Notes under the pieces: generated by a model
Database searches by the model: none
The model's input: the letters and a program-made list of their open reading frames with translations, nothing else
What the model was told of the DNA's origin: nothing
In this document: piece by piece, positions 1 to 9,323 of the stretch
Numbering within the stretch: the stretch's first letter is position 1
Layout: every line of letters begins with the position of its first letter
Origin: an uncultured SAR86 cluster bacterium
GTDB taxonomy: Bacteria; Pseudomonadota; Gammaproteobacteria; Magnimaribacterales; AG-339-G14
Length of the DNA stretch: 64,000 nucleotides
NCBI GenBank assembly: GCA_902525435.1
Contig: CABZHD010000001.1
Location: 100,125-164,124, forward strand
Direction of reading: 5' to 3'
Translations under genes and position numbers: made by a program

Positions 1-974
1 TGATCGACTAAAGTACCTCCAATAAAGACATAATCAGCAATCTCATAAAAATCTAATAGCCGCCCTATTACGTCAACTATAGTCACGTCACTCTTGTGAT
101 TAGGATTAGAAGAAATTTCAGTATAAAAAATGCTAGTTAATTTTTTTTCTTTTAATAATTCTTTGATCTCATTAAACCTTTCTGGATGCCGAGGTGCTAA
201 AACTAAATGCTTATTTTCTTTTTTTAAATCTATGAAACTTTCAATGAGTATTTCTTCCTCTCCGGGATGTGTACTTCCGCAAACGAATACATATTTTTCC
301 TTGTAATAATTAATCTCATTTTCGTTAAAATTTTTTGGAGATGCTGAGTTCGCATCAAACTTAATTGAGCCGGTCACACTCATTGCATCTTCTTTAACTC
401 CAGCCTCATAAAATCTTTCAAAGTCACTTTTTGATTGGACAAAAGCATGATTAATTTTATTGAAACTACTTTTGAAAAAGAAATTCAGTCTTTGATATTT
501 CTTTAAGGACTTATTAGATAGTCTTCCATTAACTAAAACTACCGGTAGCTTAACTTCATTGAAGACATTAATGAGATTTGGCCAAATTTCGGTCTCTACG
601 AGTAAGAGTATTGAAGGTTTATAAAAGTTAATGAATTTCTTGCAAATAAATTTTAAATCAAATGGAAAATAAACATGTATTAAATTTTTATTAAGATTTT
701 CTTTAGCTTTTCTTGCTCCAGTTAAAGTTGTCGTTGATAAAATAAAATTTGGATTTTCTAAGATCTCTTCTAAATCTTGAATTAACTTTAGGGCGACATT
801 CACCTCGCCGACTGATACGGCATGAATCCAGATTGATTTATTTGGGTTTTTATCTCCTTTAAAAAATCCGATCTTTTCAAGAGCTTGATATCTTTTTTCT
901 CCGAAAGAACTTGCTTTTAGTATGTGCCTCACTAAAGCAAAAGGAATTATTAAAGAAATTAAAAAACTGTACAA
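1..974 (-). CDS. waaA: Kdo transferase (3' end runs off the window)
   Basis: Manual minus-strand translation gives LYSFLISLIIPF...IWIHAVSVGE...LVETEIWPNL...NGRLS...CGSTHPGEE...LAPRHPERF. The likely start is TTG at 974, with an in-frame stop just upstream. Absent from the ORF track because it is truncated. Confidence 0.9.
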   Translation of the reverse strand, partial: MYSFLISLIIPFALVRHILKASSFGEKRYQALEKIGFFKGDKNPNKSIWIHAVSVGEVNVALKLIQDLEEILENPNFILSTTTLTGARKAKENLNKNLIHVYFPFDLKFICKKFINFYKPSILLLVETEIWPNLINVFNEVKLPVVLVNGRLSNKSLKKYQRLNFFFKSSFNKINHAFVQSKSDFERFYEAGVKEDAMSVTGSIKFDANSASPKNFNENEINYYKEKYVFVCGSTHPGEEEILIESFIDLKKENKHLVLAPRHPERFNEIKELLKEKKLTSIFYTEISSNPNHKSDVTIVDVIGRLLDFYEIADYVFIGGTLVD

Positions 975-1048
975 GAAGAAAATAAAATGCTCCGAATCTT
1001 CGATTTATTCAAATGCTACTATAATGGGAAAAAATTTAAATGTCTTAA

Positions 1049-1900
1049 ATGCTATATTTATTGAACTTTGTAGAATTTCTCTTTGCAAAATCTGTTGCAT
1101 ATCTCTTAAGGACTTTTGGAAATATAAGAAGGAAAATTGCTGATAAGAATTTAGAAGTTTGTTTTCCTGAATTAGATGAATTAGATAGGTCTAAAATTCT
1201 AAATAAGCATTATCTTCACCTTGGAGCCTCAATTTTTCAAAGTCTTAAAGCTTGGGTTCTGAATAGTGAAAATTTTAAGAGACTTCTGATAAATCTTGAT
1301 GAATTTGATTTAGATGAGCTAAAAAAATCATCACAGGGTAATCTAATTTTAATTCCTCATACAACTGACCTAGAAATCACAGGTCGAGTAGCAGCAATGA
1401 TGTTTAATGTGAATGCCATGGCAAAAAAACAAAAAGGAAGATTAGTAAATAATTTTATTTTTAGTTCGAGAGAAAAATATTTCAAACAAATTTTGTTTCC
1501 AAATGAAGTATTAAAATCTATGAGACTATTACAAAAAGGTGAAAATTTACTCTATTTACCAGATCAAGACTATGGATATGATCACTCAATTTTTGTGCCA
1601 TATTTCAATATACCTGCGTTAACCGTTAAATTTCCGTCAATTGCCAAAAAAAGAACTGGATGCAAAATTTATTTTCTTTATTTGGAGGATATAAAAAATA
1701 GATACAAAATAATTTTAAAGAAAATAGATATGAGCGGTGAAAATCTTTATGAAGACTTAGCTTTGCTAAATAAAGAAATTGAAATATCTATAAGGGAACA
1801 ACCAGAGAGATATCTTTGGATACATAGGAGATTCAAACATCGACCTAAAAATACTCAAGATATTTATGATGAAAGCCTCTTACGAAAAAGGCTATATTGA
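1049..1900 (+). CDS. lpxL: Lipid A late acyltransferase (LpxL/HtrB family)
   Basis: Motifs NLEVCFPE, HTTDLE (HxxxxE), LPDQDYG, PERYLWIHRRFK; divergent from waaA. Confidence 0.85.
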   Translation: MLYLLNFVEFLFAKSVAYLLRTFGNIRRKIADKNLEVCFPELDELDRSKILNKHYLHLGASIFQSLKAWVLNSENFKRLLINLDEFDLDELKKSSQGNLILIPHTTDLEITGRVAAMMFNVNAMAKKQKGRLVNNFIFSSREKYFKQILFPNEVLKSMRLLQKGENLLYLPDQDYGYDHSIFVPYFNIPALTVKFPSIAKKRTGCKIYFLYLEDIKNRYKIILKKIDMSGENLYEDLALLNKEIEISIREQPERYLWIHRRFKHRPKNTQDIYDESLLRKRLY

Positions 1901-2713
1901 AAAAACAATATTATCTATTAGTCTTGTATTTCCAATTTTTGCAGCAGTTGCTAAAACAAAATTACCTTTAAGGTGAGGACTTTCATTTATTGATTCCAAA
2001 GACTCTGCATCAAATAGATCAAAATAAATTACATTGATATTATTTTTTTTAAGATAAATTATTTTATTTTTTAAATCCTTTCTCTTAAAACCGTTCTTAA
2101 AAATAAGATTTTTCGTATCTACAAGCGTTGAATATATTTTAGCTGCCTGCATCCTTTCGGTTTCTGTCAGATAATTATTCCTCGAAGACATTGCTAACCC
2201 AGAATTTTCTCTTGCAGTAGGTATGGTTATTAATTTGCATTTGAAATTATGCTTGATGATTAGTTCCTTAATTACTAGGGTTTGCTGAAAATCTTTTTCC
2301 CCCATGATGATCGAATTAGGTTTTATAATTTCTAGAAACTTTCTAATAATTGATGCTACTCCGTTGAAGTGTTCTGGACGATCTATCCCGCAAAGAAAAT
2401 TGTTATATCTTGAAGTTTCTTGATGAATTCCATTTAAGAGTTCTTTAGATTTAGGCAGAAAGAGATAGTCACATTCCTTACTTATGAGTTTTAATTTGTC
2501 TTCCTTTAAAGTTTTTGGATATGAATCAAAATCTTCATCTTTTCCAAATTGTAGAGGATTAACAAAAATAGAGACTATAACTTCATACTCTAATTTTTTT
2601 GCTTCAGAAACTAACTTCAAATGTCCAGCATGAAGGTTCCCCATAGTCGGAACAAATGCAAGTTTTTTTGAATTTAATGCTTCTAGTTCTTTATTTGATT
2701 TTATTATCTTCAA
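1892..2713 (-). CDS. panC: Pantoate--beta-alanine ligase
   Basis: Motifs FVPTMGNLHAGH, SIFVNPLQF, GEKDFQQ, GLAMSSRN, RLIDN. Confidence 0.96.
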   Translation of the reverse strand: MKIIKSNKELEALNSKKLAFVPTMGNLHAGHLKLVSEAKKLEYEVIVSIFVNPLQFGKDEDFDSYPKTLKEDKLKLISKECDYLFLPKSKELLNGIHQETSRYNNFLCGIDRPEHFNGVASIIRKFLEIIKPNSIIMGEKDFQQTLVIKELIIKHNFKCKLITIPTARENSGLAMSSRNNYLTETERMQAAKIYSTLVDTKNLIFKNGFKRKDLKNKIIYLKKNNINVIYFDLFDAESLESINESPHLKGNFVLATAAKIGNTRLIDNIVFSI

Positions 2714-3525
2714 TCTAAAAAAGTATGCTCTTTTGATGGAAAAATGCCTTCTCTTACCTCATACACATAAGAACTAATTGCTTCTTGAATAGAATTATTT
2801 TCAGCAAGGTAATCTTTAACAAATTTAGGTTTTTTTGCTAAGGGAGAAATTCCCAATATATCGTGCAAGACCATAATTTGCCCATCTGTTTTGGGCCCCG
2901 CTCCTATACCAATTGTTGGTATTGATAAATTATCCACTAAAGAATTTGTTAATGAATCAGGAATGCATTCAAATAAAATCATTTCGGCTCCCGCATCTTG
3001 AAGTTCAATAGCTTCTTTAAGTATTTTTTTCTTATCCTTTGGATCTCTTCCTTGAACAGAATAACCTCCAATTCTATTTATTGATTGAGGAGTAAGACCA
3101 ATATGAGCGCATATCGGAATGCCTTGAGAGGATAAAGTTTTTGTAATATTCAGCATCCATTGACCACCCTCAATTTTTATAGAATTTGCTCCTGCCTGCA
3201 TGATCCTAGAAGCATTTTCAAAAGCGAGATCTTCGGTTGCACAACTCATAAAAGGCATATCCGCCATAATGTGTGCGCTCAAATTTCCTTTTTTTACACA
3301 TCTCAAATGATAAATAATATCATCAACAGAAACCGGAAGAGTTGAATCGTGCCCTTGTATAACCATACCCAAGCTATCTCCAACTAAGATCATCTCGACG
3401 CCATTGTCACTTAAAGTTTTTGAAAGAGTAGCGTCGTAGCAAGTAAGTGCAGAGAATTTAGTTTTATTCTTTTTGTGCTTTCTAAAATTTTCAATTGTAA
3501 TTTCAGGAGATTTTACTGCACTCAT
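2710..3525 (-). CDS. panB: Ketopantoate hydroxymethyltransferase
   Basis: Motifs ILVGDSLGMV, ADMPFMS, HIGLTPQS, IGIGAG, DGQIMVLHD. Confidence 0.96.
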   Translation of the reverse strand: MSAVKSPEITIENFRKHKKNKTKFSALTCYDATLSKTLSDNGVEMILVGDSLGMVIQGHDSTLPVSVDDIIYHLRCVKKGNLSAHIMADMPFMSCATEDLAFENASRIMQAGANSIKIEGGQWMLNITKTLSSQGIPICAHIGLTPQSINRIGGYSVQGRDPKDKKKILKEAIELQDAGAEMILFECIPDSLTNSLVDNLSIPTIGIGAGPKTDGQIMVLHDILGISPLAKKPKFVKDYLAENNSIQEAISSYVYEVREGIFPSKEHTFLD

Positions 3526-3528
3526 AAC

Positions 3529-4875
3529 TCAAGAAGATATTTTATTAATTATATTAGAAGTTGATTTTCCTTTGACAAGTTTAACTAACTTTATTTGACC
3601 TCCATAAGATTCGACAAATTCCCCGCCGACAACTTGTTCTTTTGTATAGTCTGCTCCTTTAACTAAAATACTGGGCTTCAGTTTTTTGATTAATTTAAGA
3701 GGATTTTCTTCATTGAAAATAATTACTTCATCAACGAATTTTAATGCTGAAAGGATTTTTTTCCTTTCGGACTGACCAATTATTGGCCTATCAGGCCCTT
3801 TTAATTTGCTGATTGATTTATCAGAATTAAGACCAACAATTAGCTTGTCTCCGTAACTTCTTGCTTCTTTAAGTAAATCTAAATGACCAGAGTGGATAAT
3901 ATCGAAGCAACCGTTTGTAAAAACAATAACTTGTTCTTTATTACCTTTTGAGGCCTCCAAACTGGCAACCTCATCTTTGCTTACTGTAGAAGTTCCTAAC
4001 TTAGAAACTGAAATAGATGCTGCTAAATTTGCGAACTCAGCGGCAGAAAAAATATCATTACCCTGAGATAAGGCTGCACCCAAAGCAGATATCGTTGTAT
4101 CCCCTGCACCTGATACATCAAATACCTCTTGCGGATAAGCATTTATGAAGTCTCCTACAATTTTTTTATTAGATTTTGTTAGAACATACATTCCTTCTGA
4201 GCCTAAAGTTATTATTAGAGATTCCAAATTCAAATGCTCCAACATTTTCTTTGCTTTATTTACCAAATCTTTTTTAGAGTCCACCTTGCCCATAATATTT
4301 TCAAATTCAGATTTATTAGGAGTAATTAAATTTGCACCTTTGTACTTTGTAAAATCTTTTCCTTTAGGATCAATAAGGATCTTTTTCTTAAGTTTTTTGG
4401 CAGATTGGATGAGCTTTCTTGCGTTAAAAATAGTGCCCTTCCCATAGTCTGAAACTATTATTAAGTCTGTTTTAGCAATATTTTTAATAAATGTGTTAAA
4501 TATATTGGTTAGCTTGCTTCCATGAAAATACTTCTCATAATCTATCCTTGCTAATTGCTGATTAGAAGACATCAATCTTTGTTTGCAGATGGTTTGAAAG
4601 CTTTTTTCTATTAATAAATTAAACTTTATTTTTTCTGCCTTTAGATGTTCTTTCAGTAAGGAACCAAAATGATCATTGCCAATAGCGCCTATAAGAAAAG
4701 GTTCGATTTCAAGATGCTTTAAATTATTTGCAACGTTTGCTGCGCCGCCCAATTGAAACTTAGACTCTTTGAAATTAACAACTGGTACAGGTGCTTCCGG
4801 AGAAATTCTTGAGGATTCTCCGTGGAGATACCAATCGATCATGACATCACCGATTACAGTTATTTTCTTTTTCAT
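3529..4875 (-). CDS. hldE: Bifunctional heptose-7-phosphate kinase / heptose-1-phosphate adenylyltransferase
   Basis: Kinase motifs RISPEAPVPVV, GGAANVA, DVSGAGDT; C-terminal FTNGCFDIIHSGH. Confidence 0.95.
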   Translation of the reverse strand: MKKKITVIGDVMIDWYLHGESSRISPEAPVPVVNFKESKFQLGGAANVANNLKHLEIEPFLIGAIGNDHFGSLLKEHLKAEKIKFNLLIEKSFQTICKQRLMSSNQQLARIDYEKYFHGSKLTNIFNTFIKNIAKTDLIIVSDYGKGTIFNARKLIQSAKKLKKKILIDPKGKDFTKYKGANLITPNKSEFENIMGKVDSKKDLVNKAKKMLEHLNLESLIITLGSEGMYVLTKSNKKIVGDFINAYPQEVFDVSGAGDTTISALGAALSQGNDIFSAAEFANLAASISVSKLGTSTVSKDEVASLEASKGNKEQVIVFTNGCFDIIHSGHLDLLKEARSYGDKLIVGLNSDKSISKLKGPDRPIIGQSERKKILSALKFVDEVIIFNEENPLKLIKKLKPSILVKGADYTKEQVVGGEFVESYGGQIKLVKLVKGKSTSNIINKISS

Positions 4876-4879
4876 TTTT

Positions 4880-5755
4880 TTAATTCAAGATAAAAGATTC
4901 TATATCAGAACTAAGTTGATCGCCCTTTTCCATTGGCAGGAAATGTGAAGCATCGTATGGTTGAAGCCTAAAATTATGGTTTTTTTGGAGACTTTTTCTT
5001 GCACCATCTCCCAAGGTTGATGCGATTAATGCATAGGGTACGAATACTTTGCACTTTACTTTTTTTATGTATTTCCATGTATCTAGAGATGCGGTATTGA
5101 ATACTTCTGCCTCCCAATGAGGATGGCAGCTTAAATAAGCCTTATCCTGTTCAACAATCATTCCTCCATTTAAGTAATCTTGCAAAATATCATCAGCCCA
5201 AGATTTATAGGCTCCTCTACCTTTAAAGTGATTGAATGCTTCTTGCTTCGATGAAAATTCGAACCTTCTATTTTTTGCAGCCAAAACCATATGAGAAGTT
5301 TTATTCAATCTAAAAAATTTTTTTACTCTTCCATAAGCAGAAAATTTGGGGCCTGGTAAAACAGGATCTATCAAAAATAATCTAGAAATTTCTGAGAACT
5401 CTGTTGAAAGCTTCAAAGCAATAATTGCTCCCATTGAATGACCAGAAAAATATAATTTCTTAGAGGAAAATTTTTGAACAAATTCCTTTGCGTCATCTAC
5501 AAGTGAATTCCATGTAGAGAGTTTTCTGGGGTCTGCATTTGCTGAAGATAATCCATGTCCCCTTTGATCTAAAGAAATTATTTTGTAATTGTCGCCTAAT
5601 TTTTTTGATAGATTGCTCAGAAAGCTATTGTAAGTCTCTGCATTGAAACCGGTGGCATGAAAGAAAAAGATCAAGTTTTCTGCTGCTTGGTTTCCATGGG
5701 TCAGATAGGAAAAATTTTCTCCTTTTGAATTCGTGTAGACTTCTCTAGTAAACAT
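4880..5755 (-). CDS. Alpha/beta-fold hydrolase (esterase/thioesterase-like)
   Basis: Motifs HATGF, DQRGHGLS, GHSMG nucleophile elbow, SHFLPME catalytic His. Confidence 0.85.
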   Translation of the reverse strand: MFTREVYTNSKGENFSYLTHGNQAAENLIFFFHATGFNAETYNSFLSNLSKKLGDNYKIISLDQRGHGLSSANADPRKLSTWNSLVDDAKEFVQKFSSKKLYFSGHSMGAIIALKLSTEFSEISRLFLIDPVLPGPKFSAYGRVKKFFRLNKTSHMVLAAKNRRFEFSSKQEAFNHFKGRGAYKSWADDILQDYLNGGMIVEQDKAYLSCHPHWEAEVFNTASLDTWKYIKKVKCKVFVPYALIASTLGDGARKSLQKNHNFRLQPYDASHFLPMEKGDQLSSDIESFILN

Positions 5756-5763
5756 TTTTTAAA

Positions 5764-6381
5764 GTGAATTGGATTAAAAATTTTAATAATCATATAGGTT
5801 TCCTTGATTTTTCTGAAGCAGAAAGACTTTTTGAAATAGCATCAGAAGCCTCAAAAAAAGGTCCTTGCCTTGAAATTGGAACATATTGTGGGAAATCCTC
5901 GTTAGTCATTGCTGAAGCCTGTGAAACTAATGATAGTTATTTAATAACAGTCGATCATCATATAGGTTCAGAAGAGCATCAGCCTGGCGAAGAATATTTC
6001 GATAAAAATTTCTATGATGAAAGAATTGAGAGATTTAATACTTATCCTGTTTTTAGGTCTTATATTGAGAATTTTCCATACAAAAAATCCATATTGCCTG
6101 CAGTGGGTGATTCAAAGGAAGTAAGTTCGCTCTGGCCGAGGAATTGCGAGATTGGTCTTCTCTTCATCGATGGCAGTCACAGCAAAAAATCGGCATTTTC
6201 AGATTTTAAAGCTTGGAGTGATTTCATTTGCAAAGATGGTTATTTGCTCATACATGATGTTTTTCCAGATCCTAATGATGGAGGTAGGCCGCCCTATGAA
6301 TTATTTGAATATGTAAAAGAAACAAATCAATTTAAATTCATAGAGCTATACAAAACTTTGGGGATATTAAAAAAAATTTAA
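5764..6381 (+). CDS. meT1: SAM-dependent O-methyltransferase, MeT1-like (MMP 1-O-methyltransferase)
   Basis: Motifs EIGTYCGKS, TVDHHxGSEEHQPG, LFIDGSH, IHDVFPDPNDGG match mycobacterial MeT1 as recalled. Methyltransferase class is secure; the specific function is inferred. Confidence 0.75.
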   Translation: MNWIKNFNNHIGFLDFSEAERLFEIASEASKKGPCLEIGTYCGKSSLVIAEACETNDSYLITVDHHIGSEEHQPGEEYFDKNFYDERIERFNTYPVFRSYIENFPYKKSILPAVGDSKEVSSLWPRNCEIGLLFIDGSHSKKSAFSDFKAWSDFICKDGYLLIHDVFPDPNDGGRPPYELFEYVKETNQFKFIELYKTLGILKKI

Positions 6382-6382
6382 A

Positions 6383-7378
6383 CTATAACTTCTTAAAAAA
6401 GTCACCTGTAGAAGTAAATCCACACAATGCATTCGCAGCGAGAATGTATGCTGCTGCAGTCCAAGTAGGTTTTTCAATTGGCCAGTATTTCTCATCATCA
6501 AAGACATAACCCATCCAGAAAATATTGTCTTTGGGATCTTTTAATTCGCTTACTTTTTCAAAGAGATCCTTAGCTTTTTTGGTTTCATCTATTTTTTTTA
6601 GCGTTATTATTAATTCTGATGTTTCAGCTACAGTAATCCAAGGTCTGTCGCTCACGCATCTACAGCCAAACTCTTCATTAATAAAGATGTCCCATTTGGA
6701 ATTAATTTTTTTAATAGCTTCTGATTTATCATAAATTCCTGCCAAAATTGGATAATACCAATCCATGCTGTATCTTTCTTTTGAGTCCCAATTTCTATCA
6801 AATCTAGATGTCTTGTTCAAAAAAACTTTTCTTAAAGCCGTAAGTGAATTTTCTATATGATTAGAATTTAGGCCTAACAAATCAAAAATTTTTTTAAAAG
6901 CTTTCAAGCTCATAAAGATTGATGAGTTACCAGTTTTTAAGGCATCGTCTAACCATTTTCCATTTTCCATAGCCCAAGAGAATTCACCAAAATCAGTTTG
7001 TGCTGAGAGAGTAAACTGAAGCGACTTTTCAAGGGTCGGAAGCAAGTTTTCTAAGAATTTCAAATCTCCATAGCTCTCGTAATTATGTAGTGCCCCAATT
7101 GCAATATAAGAAGAGAAGTTAGATTCTTTTCTAGAAGAAATACTTTTGTTGGCTTGATACTCTGAATACCATGATCCATCATCCTCTTGATGATCAACAA
7201 GCCATTGGAATCCTAGCTTAGATCTTTCCTTTTCTCCAAAAACATCCAAAGCCATACAGCATTCAATATGGTCCCAAGGATCAAGGATTTTATCTTTCTC
7301 CGAAGGAATTCCTCCCCATTCATCTTGACTCTCGGTAATGTATTCCGAAAGATGATTTAACTCAGATAAAGATTTCAA
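6383..7378 (-). CDS. mmpH: (alpha/alpha)-barrel protein usually annotated 'prenyltransferase'; MmpH-like MMP hydrolase
   Basis: Motifs DPWDHIECCMAL, QEDDGSW, TGNSSI, RYSMDWYYPILAG, RCVSDRPWITVAETSE, WPIEKPTWTAAA; located between MeT3-like and MeT1-like genes. Confidence 0.7.
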   Translation of the reverse strand: MKSLSELNHLSEYITESQDEWGGIPSEKDKILDPWDHIECCMALDVFGEKERSKLGFQWLVDHQEDDGSWYSEYQANKSISSRKESNFSSYIAIGALHNYESYGDLKFLENLLPTLEKSLQFTLSAQTDFGEFSWAMENGKWLDDALKTGNSSIFMSLKAFKKIFDLLGLNSNHIENSLTALRKVFLNKTSRFDRNWDSKERYSMDWYYPILAGIYDKSEAIKKINSKWDIFINEEFGCRCVSDRPWITVAETSELIITLKKIDETKKAKDLFEKVSELKDPKDNIFWMGYVFDDEKYWPIEKPTWTAAAYILAANALCGFTSTGDFFKKL

Positions 7379-7387
7379 AACTAGATT

Positions 7388-8092
7388 CTAATTTTTCTCA
7401 AAATAAATAACCGTGCTTTTACCAATCAAAGGTTGCAACATTTTTTCTAAAAATCTTGTTATGAAAGGTTTTTTCATCATATCCCACACTAGAAAGTCAT
7501 GATATTTATTTACTAAGTATGAATCGTCTTGGTTCTTCCAAAATAGGCATTTTAACCACCAATAAGGACTATGAAGTGCATGTTCACGATGTTTCTCAAT
7601 GAATTTACAATTCCTTTCCTCAATCATTTTTCTTAGTTGATTGTATTTAAAAATTCTTACATGTCCGCCTGGAGTTAATTGGTAATCTTTACTGAGAGAC
7701 CAGCAAACCCATTCCGGAAAGAAAGAAGGAACACTCACAGCAATTTTGCCTTTTCGCTTGGTGACTCTAATGATTTCATCAACTGCACAATCAACTTCTG
7801 GAATATGTTCTAGTACCTCTGAGCAAATCAAGTAATCAAAAGTCTCATCGGCAAAAGGAAGTTTTGTGGCATCAGTGCATCCAAAACTGCAACTTTTAGT
7901 ATCAGATTTTTCATCGAATTGTGGAAAATTATCTATTGCTTTCTGAACATCATCTGGATTTAAGTCAAAACCATAAACATCTAAATTTGCATGCATGTAA
8001 GCTCCAAAACAATGCCGACCTTCTCCACAACCAAGGTCAAGAACTTTTGCATTATCTAAAAGATTAAGTTTTTGAATATTTATTGTTTGCAT
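7388..8092 (-). CDS. meT3: Class I SAM methyltransferase, MeT3-like (putative 3-O-methyltransferase)
   Basis: Motifs VLDLGCGEGRH, SEVLEH, GGHVRI, HALHSPYWWLKC, LVWDMM, IGKSTVIYF. Confidence 0.7.
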   Translation of the reverse strand: MQTINIQKLNLLDNAKVLDLGCGEGRHCFGAYMHANLDVYGFDLNPDDVQKAIDNFPQFDEKSDTKSCSFGCTDATKLPFADETFDYLICSEVLEHIPEVDCAVDEIIRVTKRKGKIAVSVPSFFPEWVCWSLSKDYQLTPGGHVRIFKYNQLRKMIEERNCKFIEKHREHALHSPYWWLKCLFWKNQDDSYLVNKYHDFLVWDMMKKPFITRFLEKMLQPLIGKSTVIYFEKN

Positions 8093-9323
8093 GACTCTCT
8101 ATCATTTGATGATAAATATTTTCTAGTTTTAAAGCAGCATTGTGCCACGTAAATTTATCTTTAACTCTAGAGATACCCTTGGCTACCATATTTTTTCTTA
8201 AATCTTCACAAGAAAACAATTCATTTACAGCATCAACGATAGCATTTTCATCTCCAGGAATAATAACCTTTCCAGCTTCTCCAACGATTTCCTTTAAAGA
8301 TCCGCCATCAGATACCACTGCGGGAACCCCACAAGCCATTGCTTCTGCTGCAGCAAAACCAAAACCTTCATACAAGGAAGGAATAACTACTACATGAGAT
8401 GAACAATATTGTTCTCTTAATTCTGAATGAGACAGACCTGATACAAAATTTATATCATCTTTGAGATCTAGACTATTTATGACTCTTTCTGTATGTCCTT
8501 CCTCTCTTATTTTTCCTAAAACACTCAATTTAGCTTTTGGATAATTTTTTTTGATTTCTGGAAAAGCTTTGATCATGAAATCTAATCCTTTCATCGGTAC
8601 GTCAGAGCTTGCGATGGATAATATTTTGTAATCTTCATAAGGCTTATCAGAAGGATAAAAGAAACCCAAATCTATACCGTTGTGAACAACTTCAATACTT
8701 GCATCTTTCAATGAAAAATCTTTAACGACATCTTTCCCAGAAGATTCAGAGGGTACAACAATTTTTTTTAATTTTTTTGCAACCTTTATTTGAGTTGGAA
8801 TAAATGAGTGCCATCTTTTTATAAGGAGTTTTAAGAAAAAATCATTTGTGCTTTTTAGCTGAAATTCTAAATCTTTCGTGATTGGGTGATGGATAGTTGT
8901 CACCAGAGGATATTTCTGCTGAAGAGAAATAAGTTCTTTGCATAAAGTTTGATTGTCATGGAGCACATCAAATTGGCCTACGTTTTCTTCAATAAATTTC
9001 TCGAGTCTTGGGCCAAATGTATGTGGTTCAGGAAAACCGCCACTGTTTGCGCTAATCCATTCTTTCAAATTATTCAAAGAAAATAATTTTGAAAATTTAA
9101 CGTCAAGAAACTTATTTTTTTTTGAAAATAAATCAAGGCTGGGTATTTTAACTAGTTTGATATCTTTTCTTATTTCCGGATAAGGAGGACCAGAGATAAC
9201 AGTAACCTCATGACCAAGATCAGACAGAGCTCTACTTAAATAGTTTATGTAAATGCCTTGACCTCCTGAAGAGGGATTGCCTCTGTAAGTTATCAAACCG
9301 ATTTTTAATTTTTTCTTATTCAA
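8064..9323 (-). CDS. manT: GT4 glycosyltransferase, ManT-like alpha-1,4-mannosyltransferase
   Basis: Motifs YRxxxxSGGQGIY, SGPPYP, PSLDL, GFPEPxTF, HDNQ, HHPITKD, ASSDVPMKG, PSLYEGFG. Start moved to TTG 9323, which overlaps the waaC stop. Confidence 0.75.
   Translation of the reverse strand: MNKKKLKIGLITYRGNPSSGGQGIYINYLSRALSDLGHEVTVISGPPYPEIRKDIKLVKIPSLDLFSKKNKFLDVKFSKLFSLNNLKEWISANSGGFPEPHTFGPRLEKFIEENVGQFDVLHDNQTLCKELISLQQKYPLVTTIHHPITKDLEFQLKSTNDFFLKLLIKRWHSFIPTQIKVAKKLKKIVVPSESSGKDVVKDFSLKDASIEVVHNGIDLGFFYPSDKPYEDYKILSIASSDVPMKGLDFMIKAFPEIKKNYPKAKLSVLGKIREEGHTERVINSLDLKDDINFVSGLSHSELREQYCSSHVVVIPSLYEGFGFAAAEAMACGVPAVVSDGGSLKEIVGEAGKVIIPGDENAIVDAVNELFSCEDLRKNMVAKGISRVKDKFTWHNAALKLENIYHQMIESHANNKYSKT

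Noticed and set aside
6383-7378. Squalene-hopene cyclase or true prenyltransferase
   Set aside because: It has only one QxxDGSW-like repeat, no DxDD motif and is half the expected length; context and motifs fit an MmpH-like hydrolase better.
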